A model generated the notes under the pieces. That model saw only the letters and a program-made list of their open reading frames with translations. It was not told where the DNA came from and did not search any database. This document shows, piece after piece, positions 26,387-32,865 of a stretch of DNA of 32,865 bases. Each line of letters starts with the position of its first letter. Position 1 is the stretch's first letter. The stretch comes from an uncultured Gammaproteobacteria bacterium (lineage in GTDB: Bacteria; Cyanobacteriota; Vampirovibrionia; LMEP-6097). The position numbers and the translations under genes are program-made. The stretch lies in assembly GCA_964487825.1 (NCBI GenBank), contig CAZASO010000001.1, forward strand, positions 6,732-39,596. Reading direction: 5' to 3'.

Positions 26387-26406
26387 AGTGATATATTAGA
26401 TTTGTT
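26387..26406 (+). promoter_or_regulatory. Extended -10 promoter motif AGTGATATATTAGATTTGTT upstream of rimK
   Basis: TG-n-TATATT (hexamer 26392-26397); near-identical to 19703-19722. Confidence 0.55.
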
Positions 26407-26435
26407 ACAAAAGGGCTTTTGCTCTTACCGCACTA

Positions 26436-27332
26436 ATGAAAATCGCAATATTATCTCGCAAGAAATCCTTATACTCTACGAATAGTCTCAAAAATGCGGT
26501 CATGCGTAGAGGACATGAGCTGCTCATTATAGATCACACCAAATGTTCTTTGGTGATAGAAAAAGGTAAGCCACTAGTCTATTATCAAGGGCATTTGATG
26601 GCTGATATTGATGCCATTATTCCAAGGATAGGAGCTTCTGTAACTATGTTTGGAACAGCCGTTGTGAGGCAGTTTGAGATGCAGAAAGTTCTGACTACTG
26701 CTAGTGCTCAAGCCATAGAAATTTCTAGAGACAAACTTAAAAGCCAGCAAATATTTTCTCTCTTAGATATACCTTTGCCGATTACGGTTTTTGCTAAGTT
26801 TCCTAAGCGAGATGATATTCCAGATTTAGTTAATAGAGTTGGAGGACCACCGATTATAGTCAAACTCCTAGAAGGCACTCAGGGATTGGGTGTGGTTCTA
26901 GCTGACACCAAAAGTGCTGCTAAATCTGTTATCGAAGCTTTTTCTTCTCTCAGAACTAATATACTAATCCAAGAATATATTCGTGAGGCTAAGGGCACAG
27001 ATATTCGAGCCATAGTGGTAGATTCCAAAGTCGTAGCAGCTATGAAGCGCTCAGGGGCTCCCGGAGAGTTTAGGTCTAATTTGCATCAAGGTGGTAGTGC
27101 TGAAGCTGTAGAACTCAGTGATTATGAACAACAGATAGCTATTCAAGCTGTTCAAGCCATGGGTCTTGCTTGTGCTGGAGTGGATATGCTGCCTTCTGCG
27201 CGAGGACCTCTTGTGATGGAAGTCAATTCATCACCGGGTCTTGAAGGTATAGAAACTTATACTGGTGTGGATGTCGCAGGCAAGATAGTCGAATATTTAG
27301 AGAGGGCTTATGAAGCTAGATCTAGACGCTGA
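26436..27332 (+). CDS. rimK: RimK-family ATP-grasp alpha-L-glutamate ligase
   Basis: MKIAILSR..LYST, IPRIGASVT, SRDKL, KLLEGTQG, QEYIREAKGTDIR, FRSNLHQGG, EVNSSPGLEGIE. Confidence 0.95.
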   Translation: MKIAILSRKKSLYSTNSLKNAVMRRGHELLIIDHTKCSLVIEKGKPLVYYQGHLMADIDAIIPRIGASVTMFGTAVVRQFEMQKVLTTASAQAIEISRDKLKSQQIFSLLDIPLPITVFAKFPKRDDIPDLVNRVGGPPIIVKLLEGTQGLGVVLADTKSAAKSVIEAFSSLRTNILIQEYIREAKGTDIRAIVVDSKVVAAMKRSGAPGEFRSNLHQGGSAEAVELSDYEQQIAIQAVQAMGLACAGVDMLPSARGPLVMEVNSSPGLEGIETYTGVDVAGKIVEYLERAYEARSRR

Positions 27333-28512
27333 GGCTTTGATTCTGGCTTATGAAACTAAACTAGAGAAAGTTTTTGCTCGCATAGATAAAGTTCGTAATT
27401 ATACTCAAATTAAAGTCCTTGATGCTTTTAGAGAAGCTGGGGTGCAGAACTCTCATTATGCTTGGGTTACAGGCTATGGTTATGATGATCTTGGTAAGGA
27501 CAAAATCGAAGAAGTTTATGCTAATTATTTTGGGACAGAAGCAGCTTTGGTTAGACCTCAGTTGGTATCAGGCACTCATGCCATCGCTTCTGCTGTTATG
27601 GGCAACCTGAACTCAGGTGAAGAGTTGGTCTTCGTGACTGGACAGCCCTATGATACTTTGCAGACGGTGTTTAGAGCTTATGTCAGTAAATATAAAATAT
27701 CTCTCAAATATGGGATATCAGAGTTAAACTCACAAACCAAAATCGCTTTTATTCAGAGATCTAGAGGTTATGAATGGAGAGATAGTCTTAGTCAAGCTCA
27801 GCTCAAGGATTTGCTCAAAGCCACTAGAGAAGCGGCTCCTCAAGCGATTATTTTTGTAGATAATTGCTACGGAGAATTTACTCAAGCCTGTGAACCCACT
27901 AACATAGATCCAGATTATCATGCAGATTTTATAGCTGGTTCTCTCATCAAAAACCCCGGCGCTTCTATTGTTGCGGCAGGTGCATATATCGCTGGGCGCT
28001 CAGATTTAGTTGCTGCTGCTGCTGATTTTGTGACAGCTCCGGGTATCGGTAGTCATGGTGGTTGTATGTTTGACCAGAGTCGCTTGTATCTGCAAGGATT
28101 TTTTATGGCTCCTCTCATAGTTTCTGAAGCCCTCAAAGGCATGTCTCTAGCGGCTTTGGCTCTTGAGGATTTGGGTTTTGAGACCATACCTCGTTATGAT
28201 GCTGAGCGTAATGATGTTATTCAGGCGACTAAATTATTGTCTAGAGAAAGGCTCATAGAGTTCTGTAGACTTATACAAAACTATAGTCCAGTGAATTCTA
28301 TGTTTAGTCCTATCCCATCTGCTATCTCTGGTTATGATGATGAGATTATTATGGCGGCTGGTACTTTTATAGAGGGTTCTAGTATAGAACTCTCTGCTGA
28401 TGCGCCTTTGAGAGAACCTTATATCGCCTATCTTCAAGGGGGGTTAAGCTATGCTCATACTCGTTATGTCGTAGCTCAGCTTATTCGACATAAACATCTA
28501 GGACAGTTTTGA
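27310..28512 (+). CDS. Methionine gamma-lyase-family PLP enzyme (YnbB/aluminium-resistance type)
   Basis: TGYGYDDLG, ALVRPQLVSGTHAI, QRSRGY, FVDNCYGEF, GSLIKNPG (PLP Lys), IMAAGTFIEGSSIELSADAP. Confidence 0.93.
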   Translation: MKLDLDAEALILAYETKLEKVFARIDKVRNYTQIKVLDAFREAGVQNSHYAWVTGYGYDDLGKDKIEEVYANYFGTEAALVRPQLVSGTHAIASAVMGNLNSGEELVFVTGQPYDTLQTVFRAYVSKYKISLKYGISELNSQTKIAFIQRSRGYEWRDSLSQAQLKDLLKATREAAPQAIIFVDNCYGEFTQACEPTNIDPDYHADFIAGSLIKNPGASIVAAGAYIAGRSDLVAAAADFVTAPGIGSHGGCMFDQSRLYLQGFFMAPLIVSEALKGMSLAALALEDLGFETIPRYDAERNDVIQATKLLSRERLIEFCRLIQNYSPVNSMFSPIPSAISGYDDEIIMAAGTFIEGSSIELSADAPLREPYIAYLQGGLSYAHTRYVVAQLIRHKHLGQF

Positions 28513-29317
28513 TGAAGATGGGACCATAGTTCTCCTCACCTTCGAAATGACCAGTTCTAGTTTCTTTAATCCAGCCGTTGATAATATAGCCAGAGATTCT
28601 TCCTTGAGATTTGGCATGATAGAGTACTATGTCTTTGTGTTTGGCTAATTCTTTACAGTAAGTGTTGTCTTGATTGTGTTTGTCGCAGGGTACTGAGCTT
28701 TTGCCATTGCCTTCTACGACCATCTCGTAAGGCAGTCCAGCTAAGGTTCCTAGACTTTGTCTCCAGTTTGTAAAATATTTAAGAGTTCGTCCGAGGTAAG
28801 TTCCCTCTACAGCATTAGTCATTTTATCTCCATCACTTTCGACCTTGAATTTCATGAACTCACAACCATCGAGGCTGGCTACAACATCCATATGGGCTTT
28901 TTTGGGTAAACCAAAAGACATTTTGTTGCTGTAATAAACATCAAGATCATTCATGCGACCTTGGGCACTAATATTCCTACCAAAAAGCCCTTTGCCACTA
29001 ACGACTATATCTAAAACCAAGGTTTCATAAGGCTCAGCGAGTTTGCCTTGTAAGTTTTTAACAAAGAAATGTCTTACCAAGTGAGCTTTACCTTTTTTGC
29101 GATAAATATCTGTGCTAGATAGTGCTCTAAGAGCAAGGACTGGTATATAGTTCGCAGCACTTTTATAGGCAGTGTCAAAAAGAGGATGATTTGCTATGGC
29201 TAAGATTTCTTTTTGAGATGATTTTGGTTCACAAAGAACAGTGTTTTTGGCCTTGCTGTTTAAAGAAACTAGAGCCAAAACAATTAGCAATAGGACTGTT
29301 TTGCTAAAAGAGTGCAT
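28481..29317 (-). CDS. Hypothetical exported beta-rich protein
   Basis: 278 aa; Sec-type signal peptide (K-hydrophobic-SKA), four Cys, alternating beta-strand pattern. Confidence 0.75.
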   Translation of the reverse strand: MHSFSKTVLLLIVLALVSLNSKAKNTVLCEPKSSQKEILAIANHPLFDTAYKSAANYIPVLALRALSSTDIYRKKGKAHLVRHFFVKNLQGKLAEPYETLVLDIVVSGKGLFGRNISAQGRMNDLDVYYSNKMSFGLPKKAHMDVVASLDGCEFMKFKVESDGDKMTNAVEGTYLGRTLKYFTNWRQSLGTLAGLPYEMVVEGNGKSSVPCDKHNQDNTYCKELAKHKDIVLYHAKSQGRISGYIINGWIKETRTGHFEGEENYGPIFIKTVLDVYVE

Positions 29318-29446
29318 AAAGACTTTATGCCCAATTAAAAGCCTTTTCTTTATGCTGCGCCCGCTTTAGACCTAGTTGCGCTTGGACTTAAATCTATAAA
29401 GATAATTGACCAGCATGTTTTCTAACTACGGTGGATAATATTTTTG

Positions 29447-30400
29447 ATGTCATCTGGTCAAATAGAAATTTATAAAAATTATGATTTAAGTAAGAACTCT
29501 AGTTTAAGGATTAAAGCTAATGCAGAGCAATTAGTTAAACCTAAATCTATTCAAGAACTTATAGAAATTTTCAAATGGATTAAAGCTAGCAAACTGAGCT
29601 GGAATATTTTGGGCGCTGGATCTAATTTACTTTTGAGTAGTCGTGCCATTCACGGAGTGACTGTCTTGATGACGGCTTTGGATCTTATCCAAGAATTAGA
29701 ACCGGGACTTTTTGAGCTAGGTGCAGGGGTGAAGATGCCTAGGTTCTGTGCTTATGCTAGCCAAAAATCTTATCAAGGCACAGAATTTATGGAAGGTATA
29801 CCCGGGACTATAGGTGGTGGAGTGGTGATGAACGCAGGAGCCCACGGCTCTTCTATAGAGAGGATTTTAGAAGAGGCAACTATATTAAATTTGGAGACTT
29901 TGGCTCTCGAGATGTGGACTAAGACTAGGCTAGAGTTCACTTATAGGCACTCAGCCTTAGACCCCAGTCGCTATCTGCTTTTGAGCGCTAAGTTCCGTTT
30001 GAGTCTTGGAGATAAAGATGAGATTCGTCAAAAAGTTATAGCCAATAATCAACATAGAGCAGCTGCCCAACCCATTAAAGCTTGGACCTGTGGTTCGACT
30101 TTCAAAAATCCTAGTCCTGAACTTAGAGCAGGAATTTTAATACAAGAGCTGGGTGCGAAAGGTTGGACCGAAGGAGATATTAGAGTCTCAATGCAGCATG
30201 GAAATTTTTTTGAAAATACCAAGGAAGGTGAAGGGACATCTATGGATTTTTGTAAATTGATGGCGAGAGTTCAGCAAGCTGCATGGATACAGCGTTCTGT
30301 GCTACTTGAACCAGAAGTACAGCGCATAGGAGAGTTTAGTCCAGAAGAAGATTTAATTTGGAAGCAGACCAGAGCCAGTCTTAGTCATAATGGCATCTAG
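29447..30400 (+). CDS. murB: UDP-N-acetylenolpyruvoylglucosamine reductase
   Basis: LGAGSNLL, GIPGTIGGGVVMNAGA, FTYRHS, CGSTFKNP, HGNF, LEPEV; ATG 29447 follows TTG 29444. Confidence 0.96.
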   Translation: MSSGQIEIYKNYDLSKNSSLRIKANAEQLVKPKSIQELIEIFKWIKASKLSWNILGAGSNLLLSSRAIHGVTVLMTALDLIQELEPGLFELGAGVKMPRFCAYASQKSYQGTEFMEGIPGTIGGGVVMNAGAHGSSIERILEEATILNLETLALEMWTKTRLEFTYRHSALDPSRYLLLSAKFRLSLGDKDEIRQKVIANNQHRAAAQPIKAWTCGSTFKNPSPELRAGILIQELGAKGWTEGDIRVSMQHGNFFENTKEGEGTSMDFCKLMARVQQAAWIQRSVLLEPEVQRIGEFSPEEDLIWKQTRASLSHNGI

Positions 30401-30838
30401 GATCTTTTGAAAGAGAGGGTCACTATCTTGGTGTCCAGTGTAGTAATAGACCGTCTCTGCTAAACCCTGACGACCAGTGTATTCCAGCTTGAGTATATTA
30501 GATCGTTTATAAAAATCTTCTTGCCAAGGAAACTCATTCTGGCGAGGTTTGGAACTAAGCTCTTGGATATATTTCTGAAGTTCTCTGATTTGAAGGTCGT
30601 TAAGTTCATAGAAATGAGTATCAAAAAGCTTCTGAGCCTCATAGCTGCTATAAATGATAGTTTCTTCTAGTAATCCTGTCTCAAAAAAACGAAATTCTCG
30701 AATAAGATCCCTCTCTATCTCTCTAAATTCAGCCCTAAGTATTAGTTTAGTGTCTTGGGGTTTAGAGTGAATAATCTTACAAGCATTGAGTCCTATTATG
30801 ACTAAGCTGAGAGCTAGTATCTTACTTAAATTTGTCAT
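30353..30838 (-). CDS. Hypothetical lipoprotein
   Basis: 161 aa; signal peptide with lipobox LNAC; start overlaps the surE stop by 1 nt. Confidence 0.75.
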   Translation of the reverse strand: MTNLSKILALSLVIIGLNACKIIHSKPQDTKLILRAEFREIERDLIREFRFFETGLLEETIIYSSYEAQKLFDTHFYELNDLQIRELQKYIQELSSKPRQNEFPWQEDFYKRSNILKLEYTGRQGLAETVYYYTGHQDSDPLFQKILDAIMTKTGSGLLPN

Positions 30839-31596
30839 TATTGTTGGAGTTCTTGAAGTTTAGTAAAATCAGTCATATTAAATATAACAGGACTGACTGA
30901 AACCCTTTGTTGGAGCAGGGCCCAGCCGTCAGTGCCAGCGACTTCTCTGTCTTCTAGGGCTCGTCCTGCTAGCCAAAAATATCTCCTCCCTCTGGGATCC
31001 ATGCGTTCCTCGTAGTTTTCTTCATAGTAGCGATTACCAAGTCTAGTGAACTCTAATCCTTGATAATCAGAACCTTCTGGGATATTGATATTCAAAAAAG
31101 TTTTGGGACCTAGATTATCCAAAAGAGGCATTTGTGCTTGAATGAAGTCCCTGACCCATTTTGCAGCAGCTCTAAAATCCTTGGAACTATAACTATTAAG
31201 ACTCACTGCGATAGATCTCAGCCCCAAAATCATGGCTTCCATGGCTGCTGAGACAGTCCCAGAATAAAGTACATCTACACCTAGATTAGGCCCATGATTA
31301 ATACCAGAGATCATCAAATCAAAATCAATATCCTTCCAAAGCGCTCCCAGAGCGACTTTCACGCAATCTGCAGGGGTTCCTGATGTGAGGAAACCAGCCT
31401 TAATATTATTAATGAGATGTTGTTCTTTGAGAGGATCTAACATCAGGGGTTTATTCAGACTCATAGAATGTCCTGTGGCACTGCGTTCCCGATCTGGTAC
31501 GCATAGGTAGATATCATGTTCTTCTGCTAGGGTCTCAGCTAGGCAGCGCAGCCCTTCGGCAAAAATACCATCGTCATTGGAGATGAGGATTTTCAT
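30838..31596 (-). CDS. surE: 5'/3'-nucleotidase SurE
   Basis: MKILISNDDG, PDRERSATGH, GTPADCV, SGINHGPNLG..YSGTVSAA, DPRGRRYFW; ATG at 31596 preferred over 31614. Confidence 0.97.
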   Translation of the reverse strand: MKILISNDDGIFAEGLRCLAETLAEEHDIYLCVPDRERSATGHSMSLNKPLMLDPLKEQHLINNIKAGFLTSGTPADCVKVALGALWKDIDFDLMISGINHGPNLGVDVLYSGTVSAAMEAMILGLRSIAVSLNSYSSKDFRAAAKWVRDFIQAQMPLLDNLGPKTFLNINIPEGSDYQGLEFTRLGNRYYEENYEERMDPRGRRYFWLAGRALEDREVAGTDGWALLQQRVSVSPVIFNMTDFTKLQELQQ

Positions 31597-31740
31597 AGTC
31601 TCAGTACTAATCATAGACTTCCCTTCGAAACTGCGTTCCTCGGCGCATCCTTAGCAAACCCTTGTTAGTGGACTTCTCTAAGGGTAAATAGCCAAGGGTG
31701 AATGTCAAAATGTGTATAGACGGGACCTTGTAGTTTTAGT

Positions 31741-32553
31741 ATGAATGCTTTTGCTACAGTGTTGCGCCCAAGTGCTATTGGGGCTGTTCTTGGTCCCAAG
31801 GCTCTTGGTGTTCTAAATTTTGGTGAAGCTATTCAACTTGTCTCAGCTCCCGGAGATATTGGAGATTTTGTCAGAGGTCTTCTGGGTGTGGAAAGCCATA
31901 CTGGTTTAAGTCAAGCAGGACAAATAGCCATAGGGTTTTTGAGACCTGTGCTAACTAAGGCTTGTCCACCTTTGGGACTGGTTCTAGGTGCTAGAGATAT
32001 ATTCTCTGCGGTTCAGAACCTCTCTAAAGGAGATTTTATAGAAGCAGCTCAATGTTTATTCTCTGCTTTGACAGGCTTTTCTGGTTCTAAAGTTATCCCT
32101 AAAGCTGTCTTAAGTGCAGCCAGTCAGAGAGCTGTAGCTAGGAATGTGAAAAGATTGAATTATTATCAGAATAAAGGTTTTCTCGCTTCATCTGAGTTGT
32201 CTAACATAGTAAGTGATTTTCAAAAAGCTAATCCTGCTCATAGTAATACACCGATAGAACAATTAGTTTTGATTATGCGAAGACAGCCAGAGTATAGAAC
32301 TAGGATACGAGCTGCTTATAAAGAACTACCTTCTACGGCTCCCCACGCTTCTACAGCTCCCTCGGCTTCTAGAACTTCCGAGACTTCTACACTTTCCACA
32401 GAAGACCATGCACTAGCTGCCCATGAGGCTTCTTTCGCTGATTTAGCTAGGCAGGCAGCGGTGAATGTATCTCATCTCGGGCAGGAGGCTTTTCGTGAAG
32501 CTCGTAGATTGTTTGCTATGCCAAAAAACTTAGCGACTATTGCGACTAGTTAG
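31741..32553 (+). CDS. Hypothetical protein with Gly/Ala-rich hydrophobic N-terminus and S/T/P-rich linker
   Basis: 270 aa ORF; family not recognised. Confidence 0.75.
   Translation: MNAFATVLRPSAIGAVLGPKALGVLNFGEAIQLVSAPGDIGDFVRGLLGVESHTGLSQAGQIAIGFLRPVLTKACPPLGLVLGARDIFSAVQNLSKGDFIEAAQCLFSALTGFSGSKVIPKAVLSAASQRAVARNVKRLNYYQNKGFLASSELSNIVSDFQKANPAHSNTPIEQLVLIMRRQPEYRTRIRAAYKELPSTAPHASTAPSASRTSETSTLSTEDHALAAHEASFADLARQAAVNVSHLGQEAFREARRLFAMPKNLATIATS
32329..32400 (+). repeat. Degenerate 4 x 18-nt coding tandem repeat
   Basis: cct tct acg gct ccc cac / gct tct aca gct ccc tcg / gct tct aga act tcc gag / act tct aca ctt tcc aca. Confidence 0.8.
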
Positions 32554-32637
32554 TTTGATGCCTTGTTACTTAAAACCCAGTCATTATAGGGACTTCAGCT
32601 ATAAAAATCTAAGTGTAGCTGCTCTTGTATAGTTGTT

Positions 32638-32865
32638 ATGTCTGTTCTGCCTGTGTTAGTGTCAAGCTCTTTATTTGCGACTAAAAATCAGAAAAAAGGG
32701 CCACAAGAGAGTTCTTTAAAAACTGTTTTGGGTGATGATGTGTATGATAAATTTAAAAAACTGTGTAGAACAAAGAAGGTAGATCCCAAACTTCTGGAAG
32801 CTTTGGTTGCAGTAGAATCTGAGGGCAAAAAGGAAGCTCGCAGCTCAAAGGGAGCTAAAGGACTT
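32638..32865 (+). CDS. Lytic transglycosylase (SLT domain) protein, truncated by the window end
   Basis: Not in the ORF track; manual translation MSVLPVLV...VDPKLLEALVAVES..EARSSKGAKGL shows the catalytic ES motif and the GAxGL(MQ) motif; in-frame TAA at 32602 upstream. Confidence 0.88.
   Translation, partial: MSVLPVLVSSSLFATKNQKKGPQESSLKTVLGDDVYDKFKKLCRTKKVDPKLLEALVAVESEGKKEARSSKGAKGL

Noticed and set aside
49-30642. Short alternative-frame ORFs in the track (e.g. 49-456, 2124-2423, 17144-17506, 22454-22759)
   Set aside because: They lie within or across well-supported genes and carry no recognisable motifs; most likely shadow ORFs
31617-31740. 6S RNA, tRNA or known riboswitch
   Set aside because: No cloverleaf, long rod with central bubble, or recognisable conserved motif; kept only as a weak finding
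32329-32400. CRISPR-like array
   Set aside because: In-frame degenerate 18-nt coding repeat with no spacers and no cas genes

Overview
Very compact (~40% GC by eye) bacterial chromosomal window, mostly housekeeping genes: ileS/valS head-to-head, ispD, oppC-like permease, plsY, ddl, bioB, minCDE, tsaC, a PAS histidine kinase, RNase P RNA (rnpB), dnaE, a CaCA antiporter, rimK, a YnbB-type PLP enzyme, murB, surE and a truncated lytic transglycosylase. Cyanobacteria-like rnpB and dnaE (AEY|CFNKSH, unsplit and intein-free), with no HIP1 iteration, suggest a non-photosynthetic cyanobacterial relative such as Vampirovibrionia/Melainabacteria (inference). I saw no CRISPR array, tRNA, rRNA or clear mobile element. 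Best leads: (1) a tight cluster of AI-2E transporter, rhodanese, COG0731/TYW1-like radical SAM and a cryptic KDPG-aldolase-like protein, convergent on tsaC; (2) an intact XerC/D-like ORF that has lost most catalytic residues including the Tyr; (3) a tandem pair of unknown beta-rich paralogs; (4) near-absence of CCWGG with CTAG excess, consistent with unrepaired Dcm-type methylation; (5) a 20-bp promoter motif shared between unrelated genes, plus pervasive near-leaderless starts and 3' overlaps. All motif comparisons and counts were done by eye.
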